Assembly (NCBI GenBank): GCA_014860585.1
Contig: JACZJL010000027.1
Location: 10,242 to 74,241, forward strand
From: Bacteroidales bacterium
GTDB lineage: Bacteria > Bacteroidota > Bacteroidia > Bacteroidales > 4484-276
DNA length: 64,000 bases
Direction of reading: 5' to 3'
Part shown: positions 39,957 to 50,100 of the stretch, in pieces
Layout: each line of letters starts with the position of its first letter
Position numbering within the stretch: position 1 is the stretch's first letter
Made by a program: the position numbers and the translations under genes
The notes under the pieces: generated by a model
Told to the model about the DNA's origin: nothing
The model's database searches: none
Seen by the model: the letters and a program-made list of their open reading frames with translations, nothing else

Positions 39957-41549
39957 ATGAATGAGCAGAATGTAAAAATATCAATCACCCTTGTGTTCCA
40001 TTTGATCCTCGCCTTGCTGGTCAACGGACAGATTTCACCTGGTGACCTGGCCGCAGTACATGCTCATCTCGAAGGCTTGTCTAACTGTACCAAATGCCAT
40101 ACCTTAGGGGATAAAGTAACGGATGAAAAATGCCTTGATTGTCATGTTGCGATCAAAACGCTTATTGGACAGAAAAGGGGTTACCATGCATCCTCAGAAG
40201 TAAAAGCCAGGAACTGTTTTGAGTGCCATAACGATCATCATGGGAGGAACTTTCAGATTATCCGGTTCGATCCCAATAAGTTTGATCATGACCTGAGCGG
40301 GTATAAATTGGAAGGAGCCCATGCAAATAAAGATTGTAAAGATTGCCATAACAATGATTTTATAAAGGATTCAAAACTAAAAGAGAAACAGAGTACTTAC
40401 CTGGGTCTGGAAACAACCTGTCTTTCCTGCCACGACGACTACCATCAGAAAACGCTGCAGGAAAATTGCCTGGATTGCCATAATTTTGAAGGATTTAAAC
40501 CCGCGCCTAAATTCGATCACAAAAATTCAAAATTCCAATTGCGCGGGAAACATCAACAGGTTGAATGTATTAAATGTCATAAAATTGAAGAACAGAACGG
40601 AAAGACTTTCCAGGTATTTAAAGGGGTGGCATTTGCAAACTGCACCAATTGTCACGTGGATGTTCACAACAACAAATTCGGGTCGAATTGCAAGCAATGT
40701 CACACTGAAGAATCATTTCATATTTTGCCGGACCTGAATGTTTTTAATCATAACCGTACCCCCTTCCCATTGGAGGGAAAACATATCAGCGTTGATTGCA
40801 AAAAATGCCATAAAACAAAATATACCGATCCATTGCCCCACAATTCCTGCATGGATTGTCATGAAGATTATCACAAAGGCCAGTTTACGACTGATGACAA
40901 GCGGGCTGATTGTATTTCATGCCATACTGTACAAGGTTTTCAGGGTTCATCGTTTACTATCGAAAGACACAATGAAACCCATTTTTCGCTCACCGGGGCG
41001 CATCTTGCAACACCCTGCTTTGCCTGTCACTATAAAGATGAGACATGGAATTTCAGAAATATCGGGATCACATGCAACGATTGTCATGAAGATATCCATA
41101 ACGACTTAATTGACAAAAAATATTATCCCGATTCGGACTGCAATACATGCCATGAAACTTCCCGCTGGCGTGATGTAAACTTTGATCATTCACTCACTGA
41201 ATTTGAACTTGAGGGTGAACATGCGAAGCAGCTTTGCCGGGCGTGTCATTTCCCAATGTTTGATGGCGTTAAGGCACAGCGCTTCAATATTTTGACATCG
41301 GAGTGCATCCAATGCCATGAAGATGTTCATTTCAACCAATTTAATGAAGGTGGTCAAACAGATTGCCTGCATTGTCATTCCTTCGAAAACTGGGAAGCCA
41401 GCCATTTCGATCATAACAATACAAGATTCCCCCTTGACGGAAAGCATAAAGATGTGGCATGTAAAAAATGTCATTTAGAAGTTGTTCAGGGGGACAGGGT
41501 TTATACACAATATAAAATGGAGCGTTTCCAATGCAAAGACTGTCATTAA
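39957..41549 (+). CDS. Multiheme cytochrome c, 20 CxxCH motifs
   Basis: Signal peptide; 20 CxxCH counted by hand in 530 aa. Confidence 0.93.
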   Translation: MNEQNVKISITLVFHLILALLVNGQISPGDLAAVHAHLEGLSNCTKCHTLGDKVTDEKCLDCHVAIKTLIGQKRGYHASSEVKARNCFECHNDHHGRNFQIIRFDPNKFDHDLSGYKLEGAHANKDCKDCHNNDFIKDSKLKEKQSTYLGLETTCLSCHDDYHQKTLQENCLDCHNFEGFKPAPKFDHKNSKFQLRGKHQQVECIKCHKIEEQNGKTFQVFKGVAFANCTNCHVDVHNNKFGSNCKQCHTEESFHILPDLNVFNHNRTPFPLEGKHISVDCKKCHKTKYTDPLPHNSCMDCHEDYHKGQFTTDDKRADCISCHTVQGFQGSSFTIERHNETHFSLTGAHLATPCFACHYKDETWNFRNIGITCNDCHEDIHNDLIDKKYYPDSDCNTCHETSRWRDVNFDHSLTEFELEGEHAKQLCRACHFPMFDGVKAQRFNILTSECIQCHEDVHFNQFNEGGQTDCLHCHSFENWEASHFDHNNTRFPLDGKHKDVACKKCHLEVVQGDRVYTQYKMERFQCKDCH

Positions 41550-44500
41550 TTTTTCTGGTTGTGGTACCCATCCTTTTTGTCGCATTCCAGGCGACAAAAT
41601 CACCACATGGCGAAAAGTTTGAAATGGATTGTGGAATATGCCACAGTCCTGAAGGATGGCAACTGGACAAGGAACATTATAGTTTCGATCACAGTACCAC
41701 ACAGTTTCCCCTCGCCGGGCAGCATCAGACTTTTAATTGCCGGGGCTGTCATGTTTCGCTGATTTTTTATGAAGCCCAAACGGAGTGTATTTCATGTCAT
41801 ACCGACATTCATGAACAAACTGTTGGTATGGAATGTGAAAGGTGTCATACTCCTCAAAACTGGTTGGTCCCCAATATAACCGAGATTCACCAGATGAGCC
41901 GTTTTCCTTTGATTGGACCCCATGTCACAGCCGCTTGTTCTGATTGCCACGTTTCTGCAAGTTTACTTCGGTTTGAACCATTAGATACAGAATGTGTCGC
42001 TTGTCATGAAGATGATTATCTGGCTGCCACTAATCCAAATCATGTTGAGAACAACTATTCTACAAATTGTGCTGAATGTCATAACCTCTATACTTTTACA
42101 TGGACCGGGGTTGGAATTGATCACAGTTTTTTCCCTCTCAACCAGGGGCACAACATTGCCGATTGCTTTCAATGCCATACTCCAGGGGCTGATTACTCTA
42201 ATATCTCCAACGATTGCTTTTCCTGCCACGAACAAGATTATTATGCTTCGGATAACCCCAACCATACTGCTTCAGGTTTTTCGACAGAATGTAACACTTG
42301 TCATACTTTAGCTCCAGATTGGAAGCCTGCCGATTACAGAGAACATGATGCCCTGTACTTCCCAATTTATTCTGGAGAACACAATGGCGAATGGAATGAT
42401 TGTGCGGATTGCCACAGCGATTTTTCCAACTTCTCCGTATTCACTTGCACTGACTGTCATGAACACAATAAAAATGACATGGATAACGAGCATGATGATA
42501 TTAGTGGTTATTTATACGAAAGTATGGCTTGCTATGGATGTCACCCGACTGGCACGAGCGATGATAGTTTCGATCACAATGCCACTGCTTTTCCGCTTAC
42601 TGGGTTCCATCTTCAAACACTTTGCAGCGGGTGCCATATTTCAGGATATACCGGTACTCCAACTGATTGTTTTGCCTGTCACGAACCTGATTACACCCAG
42701 TCAATTAATCCAAACCATGTCGAACTCGGTTTTGACAATGATTGCGCCTTATGCCATACAACCCAGGCAGGATGGGAGCCTGCAACATTTGACCAGCACA
42801 ACGAAGTTTATGCCTTGACAGGTGCACATGCTGGAATTGCCAACAATTGCGCCGACTGCCATAACGGCCAGTACAACAACACGCCAAATGCTTGCGTCGG
42901 TTGCCATCTAGAAAATTACAACCAGACTACTGATCCTCCTCATGAAGCGGTTCAATTTTCGACCGAATGTGATCTTTGCCACTCCACAGCGGCCTGGGAG
43001 CCCTCTACTTTTGATCATGACGGGCAATATTTCCCTATTTACAGCGGCAATCATAACGGTGAGTGGGAATCCTGCACCGACTGTCATACTGCTCCTGGTA
43101 ATTATGGTTTATTCAGTTGCATTGATTGTCACGAACACAACCAAATCGACACGGACAGGGAGCATCAGGGAGTGGGAGGTTATATTTATGAAAGTACCGC
43201 ATGTTACGAGTGTCATCCGACAGGAGAAGCCTCAGGCGCCTTCAATCACAACACCTCGTCATTTCCCCTCACTGGAGCACATATATTAACCGGCTGCATT
43301 GATTGCCACGAAAATGGTTATGCAGGTACACCTTTCGAATGTTTTGCATGCCACGAACCGGACTATACCCAGTCGATAAATCCAAATCATGTTGAACTCG
43401 GTTTTGCCACTGATTGCGCATTATGCCACACAACTCAGGTGGGATGGGAGCCTGCATCATTTGACCAGCATAACGAAGTTTATGTGTTGACAGGCGCACA
43501 TGCCGAAATTGCCAACAATTGCGCCGACTGCCATAACGGCCAGTACAACAACACGCCAAATGCTTGCGTCGGTTGCCATCTAGAAAATTACAACCAGACT
43601 ACTGATCCTCCTCATGAAGCCGTTCAATTTTCCACCGAATGTGAGCTATGCCACTCCACAGCAGCCTGGGAGCCTTCTACTTTTGATCATGACGGGCAAT
43701 ATTTCCCAATTTACAGCGGCAACCATAACGGTGAGTGGGAATCCTGCACTGACTGCCATACTGCTCCTGGTAATTATGGTTTATTCAGTTGCATTGATTG
43801 TCACGAGCACAACCAAATCGACACGGACAGGGAGCATCAGGGAGTGGGAGGTTATATTTATGAAAGTACCGCATGTTACGAGTGTCATCCGACAGGAGAA
43901 GCCTCGGGCGCATTCAATCACAACACCTCGTCATTTCCCCTTACTGGAGCACACATAATAGCAGGCTGCATTGATTGCCACGAAAATAGTTATGCAGGCA
44001 CACCTACCGATTGTTTTGCCTGCCATGAACCCGATTTCAACACATCAGTCAACCCAAATCATGTCGAGCTCGGTTTTGCCAATGATTGTGCTTTATGCCA
44101 CAGCACACAGCCAGGATGGGAACCTGCCACCCTTAATAACCATAATGATTATTATGTGCTGGAAGGAGCGCACAGTGCCATTGCCAACAATTGTGCGGAA
44201 TGTCATAACGGAAACTACAACAACACTCCCAACAGTTGCTTTGGTTGCCATGAAGAGCAGTACAATCAGTCTAATAATCCCCCACATCTCTCGGCTCAGT
44301 TTCCGATAGAATGTGAGACCTGTCATACACAAAGTGTTTGGGTACCATCAACATTTAATCATGATGCCATGTATTTTCCAATATACAGCGGAAAGCACAA
44401 AGATGAATGGGATGCCTGCGTGGACTGCCATATCAACCCGGGTAATTATGCCATTTTTAGCTGCATTGATTGCCATGAACACAACCAGCCAGATATGGAT

Positions 44501-44623
44501 GATGAACATGAAGATGTTCCGGGATACCAATACAACAGCCTGGCCTGCTATGCATGTCATCCCAACGGCAGAGCGCCAATGCAAATGAATAAGATGGACG
44601 TAAATATCAGAATCGATGATTAA
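41531..44623 (+). CDS. Multiheme cytochrome c, 40 CxxCH motifs
   Basis: Signal peptide; 40 CxxCH counted by hand in 1030 aa; overlaps the upstream gene by 19 bp. Confidence 0.93.
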   Translation: MQRLSLIFLVVVPILFVAFQATKSPHGEKFEMDCGICHSPEGWQLDKEHYSFDHSTTQFPLAGQHQTFNCRGCHVSLIFYEAQTECISCHTDIHEQTVGMECERCHTPQNWLVPNITEIHQMSRFPLIGPHVTAACSDCHVSASLLRFEPLDTECVACHEDDYLAATNPNHVENNYSTNCAECHNLYTFTWTGVGIDHSFFPLNQGHNIADCFQCHTPGADYSNISNDCFSCHEQDYYASDNPNHTASGFSTECNTCHTLAPDWKPADYREHDALYFPIYSGEHNGEWNDCADCHSDFSNFSVFTCTDCHEHNKNDMDNEHDDISGYLYESMACYGCHPTGTSDDSFDHNATAFPLTGFHLQTLCSGCHISGYTGTPTDCFACHEPDYTQSINPNHVELGFDNDCALCHTTQAGWEPATFDQHNEVYALTGAHAGIANNCADCHNGQYNNTPNACVGCHLENYNQTTDPPHEAVQFSTECDLCHSTAAWEPSTFDHDGQYFPIYSGNHNGEWESCTDCHTAPGNYGLFSCIDCHEHNQIDTDREHQGVGGYIYESTACYECHPTGEASGAFNHNTSSFPLTGAHILTGCIDCHENGYAGTPFECFACHEPDYTQSINPNHVELGFATDCALCHTTQVGWEPASFDQHNEVYVLTGAHAEIANNCADCHNGQYNNTPNACVGCHLENYNQTTDPPHEAVQFSTECELCHSTAAWEPSTFDHDGQYFPIYSGNHNGEWESCTDCHTAPGNYGLFSCIDCHEHNQIDTDREHQGVGGYIYESTACYECHPTGEASGAFNHNTSSFPLTGAHIIAGCIDCHENSYAGTPTDCFACHEPDFNTSVNPNHVELGFANDCALCHSTQPGWEPATLNNHNDYYVLEGAHSAIANNCAECHNGNYNNTPNSCFGCHEEQYNQSNNPPHLSAQFPIECETCHTQSVWVPSTFNHDAMYFPIYSGKHKDEWDACVDCHINPGNYAIFSCIDCHEHNQPDMDDEHEDVPGYQYNSLACYACHPNGRAPMQMNKMDVNIRIDD
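42569..44584 (+). repeat. Intragenic tandem repeat, 3 x 672 bp (224 aa, 9 hemes per unit)
   Basis: Equivalent FxH codons at 42569, 43241 and 43913; long near-identical DNA stretches offset by exactly 672 bp (e.g. 42839 vs 43511). Confidence 0.9.
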
Positions 44624-46241
44624 TTTTTTGAAAGTTATCGTTACCATTTTACTGATCACCTTCTGCGGTTTTAAGTCCTTCGGACAGCAGGCAGATGATG
44701 GAAAAGTATATGGAACAATCACTTACAAAAGTGCCAGCAATGTTTATGTCCGGTTTGAATCTACTGAAACGGTGAAAGCCGGAGATACGCTCTATTTTCA
44801 GCGCGATGGGGTGTTGATCCCTGCCCTTGTTGTCGAAAGCCTTTCTTCCATTTCATGCCTTTGCGCACCCATCGAAGGAATCAATTTGTCTGTCGGAGAT
44901 AAGATTTCTACATTTCCAAAAATTGAATCCATTGGCAAGAACACAATACCACCAGAGGTGGAAGAAGTTGTTTTATTGCCGTTTGTCACCCCTCAAAGCG
45001 ATACAATAGAAAGTCAAATTCCTGCAAGAAGTGTACAGCAGGAAATCTCCGGAAGGTTTTCTATTTCTTCTTATTCTGACTTTTCAAACACTATTGCCGA
45101 TGATGGTCAGCGCATGAGATATGTGATGGCGCTGAATATGAAAAACATAAGAGAATCAAGACTTTCGTTTAAGAGTTACATTTCATTCAGTCACAGAAAT
45201 AATGTATGGGATGAGATAAAAAGCAACATCCATAACGGATTAAAAATTTACAACCTGAGCCTTCATTATCAGGTGTGTGAAGATAAAAATCTGTGGTTTG
45301 GGCGAATGATCAACCCAAAGGTTTCAAGCCTGGGAGCTGTTGATGGTATTCAGTTTGAGAAAAAGTTCAATAAGATCACTGTCGGAGCATTGGCTGGTTC
45401 AAGGCCGGATTGGACGGATTACAGCTACAACTTCAAACTTTTCCAGGCAGGAATCTATGCCAGTCACGAACTGGCTAAGGATAAACTCACCATGCTAAAT
45501 ACCATTGCAATCGTTGACCAGGAAAATGACTGGAATACCGACAGGCGTTTTTTATACATCCAGCATTCCAGCAGGATTGTAAAGAAGGTTTATTTTTTCG
45601 GTTCAGGAGAATTTGATTTGTACAAAAAACTAAACGACCAACAGCAAAACACCTTCAATCTTAGTAATTTATACTTGCAATTACGTTACCGGATGTTCAG
45701 CAATTTCTCAGTATCACTGGCTTATAGTGCCCGTAATAATCTGATTTTGTATGAAACGTACAAATCGTTTATTGAAAAGCTGCTTGAGACTGAAACACTC
45801 CAGGGATTCGTACTCTCGGCAAACCTGAGGCCTGTAAGGAACATCGATGTTGGAGTGAAGGCGGGTTACAGAAACAGACCCGGCGATATGAGGTCGTCAA
45901 AAAACCTTTATACTTATGTGAACTTTGCCCGCCTGCCTGTTTGGGGCCTTTCGGCCAATATCACTGCAATTTTTCTGGAAACGGGGTATTTAAAGGGAAA
46001 AGTTTATGGTGTAAGGTTGTCACGGGACCTGATAAGGGGTACATTGTATGCTTCTGCCGGATACCGGCACAACAAGTATGATTATTTTAACCAGGAATAT
46101 TCTCTTGCCCAGGACTTGCTGGAACTCAACTTAAATCTCCAAATGAAATGGAAAATGTTCGCTTCATTAAACTATGAAAGCACCTTTGATAAAAGTATGA
46201 AGTTTTACAGGGTATATGTAAATCTGACCAAACGTCTTTAA
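44616..46241 (+). CDS. Putative outer-membrane beta-barrel with small N-terminal soluble domain
   Basis: Signal peptide; about 400 C-terminal residues of alternating amphipathic strands ending YRVYVNLTKRL; overlaps the cytochrome gene by 8 bp. Confidence 0.7.
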   Translation: MINFLKVIVTILLITFCGFKSFGQQADDGKVYGTITYKSASNVYVRFESTETVKAGDTLYFQRDGVLIPALVVESLSSISCLCAPIEGINLSVGDKISTFPKIESIGKNTIPPEVEEVVLLPFVTPQSDTIESQIPARSVQQEISGRFSISSYSDFSNTIADDGQRMRYVMALNMKNIRESRLSFKSYISFSHRNNVWDEIKSNIHNGLKIYNLSLHYQVCEDKNLWFGRMINPKVSSLGAVDGIQFEKKFNKITVGALAGSRPDWTDYSYNFKLFQAGIYASHELAKDKLTMLNTIAIVDQENDWNTDRRFLYIQHSSRIVKKVYFFGSGEFDLYKKLNDQQQNTFNLSNLYLQLRYRMFSNFSVSLAYSARNNLILYETYKSFIEKLLETETLQGFVLSANLRPVRNIDVGVKAGYRNRPGDMRSSKNLYTYVNFARLPVWGLSANITAIFLETGYLKGKVYGVRLSRDLIRGTLYASAGYRHNKYDYFNQEYSLAQDLLELNLNLQMKWKMFASLNYESTFDKSMKFYRVYVNLTKRL

Positions 46242-46243
46242 GA

Positions 46244-46993
46244 CTATAACGAAGTGTTGAACTGCCAGGTTGCATCTTCAAGGATAGCATCGTACTGGTA
46301 TCCTGAGCCAAAGTCTTTATCAACACTTAAGGTCCCTGTAAAAGTAACAATATCGCCAACTGCGAAATCCACCGGCAATGTTGATGTAATGGTCAGGTCA
46401 TAACTGCCCTCACTTTCAGTCCCATCCTGAATATGTATCCAGTGACGTTTCATAATGTTTTGACTGATTTTCACCACCTGACCTCTTACGACCACTTTTG
46501 TCCCCTCGAGCATTTTTTTATTGCTGAAAATTCCTGCAATGGTAATTCCGTTTTTTGCTGGTTCAACCTTTAAGCCCGCTTGCACCGAAGTTTTGGTGTG
46601 GTCGTGGGGAACAGATTTGGCAAGGTTATCTTTATGCCCACCATTTTCATTTCCAAAATCCTGGATAAACATCACTGAGTCGAAGGTTGTACCCAGTTGT
46701 TTACTTTCGAAATCTTTTACCATCATTCCTTCTACATAGGAATAAAGTTGCCCGACCTCAATCGGCCTGGCGGTAATTGCAGCCCAAAAAATTTTGCCGT
46801 TGTCATCAAGTTTAACATAAGTGTAGGTTCCGGCATCTGTAGCTTCGAGAACTTTGGCCTTTCGCTGATTTCCTGAAGCTAAAGTGTTCATGATTTCATC
46901 AAGTTTTTCACTTTTTTGTTTTGACTTGTCAATTCCTTCGTTGCACGAAGCCAGCATTATTGCTACCAATGAAATGATGATTGAAATTCGCAT
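46244..46993 (-). CDS. Lipoprotein with two OB-fold-like domains (NrfJ-like)
   Basis: Lipobox LASC; KVLEATDAGTYTYVKL..FWAA..FESKQLGTTFD; VVVRGQVVK..IMKRHWIHIQDG..KDFGSGYQY. Confidence 0.6.
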   Translation of the reverse strand: MRISIIISLVAIMLASCNEGIDKSKQKSEKLDEIMNTLASGNQRKAKVLEATDAGTYTYVKLDDNGKIFWAAITARPIEVGQLYSYVEGMMVKDFESKQLGTTFDSVMFIQDFGNENGGHKDNLAKSVPHDHTKTSVQAGLKVEPAKNGITIAGIFSNKKMLEGTKVVVRGQVVKISQNIMKRHWIHIQDGTESEGSYDLTITSTLPVDFAVGDIVTFTGTLSVDKDFGSGYQYDAILEDATWQFNTSL

Positions 46994-47077
46994 AAAAATT
47001 TATTTTGATGTTTATAAAGATTTAACGGTTTACTGAGGTAAACAAATTGAATTGCATTTTGTCAATTACTTTTCCTA

Positions 47078-47126
47078 AAAAAATTGAACCCCGCCAGAAA
47101 ATGTATCAGGAGGGGTTCAATTTTTT
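47078..47126 (-). terminator. Rho-independent terminator after the S8 protease gene
   Basis: AAAAAATTGAACCCC / GGGGTTCAATTTTTT inverted repeat. Confidence 0.7.
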
Positions 47127-47139
47127 AAAGTTTGTTTAT

Positions 47140-50100
47140 CTACCTGATTTGCAATTTGGTTTGATAACTTTTTGTGCCGGATTTAACTTCGAGGAGGTAA
47201 ACGCCAGAGGTAAGTTTTGTTAGATTAAGTGATTTTGTGAATTGGTTGTCCGATACTTTAACGTTGTCACTATGAACGGTTTTTCCTGAAATATCGGTAA
47301 CTGTCAGTTGATAATCTCCTGCAGGGATTTCAAGTAGAGAAACATTGAACATTCCTTTCCCCGGATTAGGATAAACCTGCACTTGAGTTTCGGTTGATCT
47401 AATATTATCGACAGATGTAATATCTGTGATGGCAATATCATCAATTGCCATGTCACTTTTTTCTCCGCTGCCTGTGTACCCTCTTATTCTAAGGCCAATC
47501 ACTGACCCGTTCCAGGGTGCGAGGTCCACGATCAGTTCATGCCATTCATCACCCTGGTTTCCAACTACCGGTGGCACAATGTCGCGGATGATTTGTGTAC
47601 CGTCAAAGAGGTCAACATGCAGTCGTCCCATATCCGAACCGTAGGCGTGATACCAGAGGCTGAGTGCAGGACTTTGCCCATTGGTCAGATCAATGCAAGG
47701 AAGAGATAAAACAGCCTCTTTGAAATAACAACCCACTGAGGGTTCAAGGTAAAGATATTGTCCGAGAGGATCACCGGTTGTATGATCGGCTGATGGACCT
47801 GTTTCAAAAGAGTAGGTACCACCCCGCCAGGTTCTCCAGTCCACATCGTCAAGCACCTGGTTAGTGAGGTTTATCCAGCCATCGGCGAGATTGCAGGTGT
47901 AGAGTTCACAGATTGGCGCCGGTAGGCACAATTCAAATTCTTCCATTGTTTGCAGGTTTCCCGGTGCCATCGAAACCCCTTCGATTACTTCAAAATTGGT
48001 AATCAGTTCGTTATTGCCGGGATTTTGATCGGGAGCGTACACTATCCAGCTTTTCAGGACATACGAACCAACCTGAGAAATATCGATGTTTCCAGCAAAA
48101 GTATAGGTGAGGATGGAATCAGGCATAATTGTGCCTGTATAGGTTTCTGTAAAAATATCACCTTCGTTGAGTTGGTAACTGAAATCGGGATCGATGACGG
48201 GCTCAAGGCCGAAATTTTTTACTTTGATGGTAACGCCAAGGCTTGTGAGCTCCATGCATGACTGGAATAATCCCCATGTAACTGAAGGGACATCCAGCAT
48301 CATCGCGTCTGTTCCATAGCAATTTAAAGTTCCTGCGGTTTTTTGGATGGCAATTGCCCGTTGCCCGACAGATCCATCTGGTGCATGGGCACTTACGCTG
48401 AACCAATGAATTTGTGATGCGCTTACACCTTGGACGATGAAAGAGTTGGTCGAGGTTGTGCCAATGGGGTCCATATATTTTTGTCCAAGCTTGTAAATAG
48501 TATATCCAGATGCGCCATACACCTCGTTCCAGCTAAGATGCAGATCATTTTCACACGCCCAGTCAACAGACAGTCCGGTTGGTACAGGCACAATAGTTAA
48601 AGGAGCATTTGTTTGGGAGACAGATTCACCGCGCGAAATTCTGACCCACGCCTCACCGGTCATGGTTGAAGGAACGATCCAGTTGTAATAGCGAACATTA
48701 CCGGCAATATCATTTCTGATCATTTGCCACGTATCGCCGTTATCCAACGAATATTCGAGCACAAAAATACCCTCAGTCCCCGGAGCATCCCACCGGATCA
48801 TTTCTTCAGCTCCCGGAACGAGTTTTTCGCCTCCATAGGGATAAGTAAGAACAATTTCATCAGGGATAAAGTCATAAATGACATAATAGGTTTGTGGTCC
48901 CTGTGGCACTGTCGAGCCGGTCACTGACAATGTATATTGACCTGGTTCCGGCGAAGTAAGCGTAACCTGTTCCTGGTTATTTCTAACATCAATGCCGCGC
49001 ACAGCAGTCTTATTGAGGCTGTCAGGATTTGGATAATGGCTGAGCACCCATGGCAACCATTCGGATGAGGAGGGATCTGTTACTTTAATGTCGAGATTAT
49101 TAACCAATGCCCAGTTAGTGTTGACTGTTGACTCGAAATCTACCCAATAAACCATCACACGCATTTCGGCTGTGTTTTCAGGAACAATAAACTGATGTTC
49201 GATGGTTTGTCCATTTGCAATAGTTGCTGAATCGTATCGGCCTTCTTCCAATACCTGAACTGCTCTTAAACCGTTAATTCTGCCGAAGCCATAACGGAAG
49301 TCTGGTCCAGGGTTCCCAAGGTCATCGGCGGTGTTCATCACCAAAGCTTTCATCATTCCACCCGTAGGGTCTGCGCCGCCATTTAATTCACGGTGTGCCT
49401 GAAAGAGTTGTGTGATCACACCGGCTACCCCGGGGCATGACATGGAAGTCCCGGTTTTAAAGCCATAATTGTTTGGATTGATGGTAGAGTACACGCTTGT
49501 TCCTTTAGCTGAAATCTCAGGTTTAATACGCCCGTCATGAGCAGGGCCGCGACTGCTGGAACTTGACAATCCGTCGGTAGAGTTCAGATTAGCCACAGCG
49601 ATGACGTTTTTGGCTGCTTTGTGGCCACCTGTGATATTTCCCCAGCCCGCTCCGGCGCCGTATCCGCAGTTATCAGCCCCGGCATTTCCAGCAGAGAAAA
49701 CATGCAATAATCTGGTGTAAAGGCGCATCTGCTGGTCCATTGTTCGGGTTAACGTGGTATAACCCGCATTACAACCATCGCTGTAGGAAGTGGATGAAAC
49801 CCTGATTTGGTTTGAGCCGTAATGTGCTGGAATATTGTTGAAACCCGCATAATTGGAAGCACTGTAATTATAGAGGTTTGCTCCGAAAGCATTACCCCGG
49901 GTTGTGGGGTCAATGTTTCCCCCTCCCATGATGATACCTGCACAGTGATCACCGTGGTCGCCAATATTGTTTCCCATGTATTGGGCCAAGACCCGCCCTT
50001 CATAATCAATGTGAGGACCGATAACCCCATCATCCTGAAGCATTACGTTTACACCTGACCCGTCATAATGACGACCAGTTGAAAAATCATTGGCTACTGT

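Noticed and set aside
39928..39960. TGA stop of the flavoprotein as possible read-through
   Set aside because: No Cys/redox context, another in-frame TGA follows within 10 codons, and the next gene is in a different frame.
42942..43958. Pair of near-identical 115/114-aa ORFs
   Set aside because: Alternative-frame by-products of the 672-bp repeat inside the cytochrome gene.
42569..44584. Repeats as a possible CRISPR array or DGR template/variable pair
   Set aside because: Units are long, coding and in frame with no spacers; no cas or reverse transcriptase gene nearby; differences are not confined to adenines.
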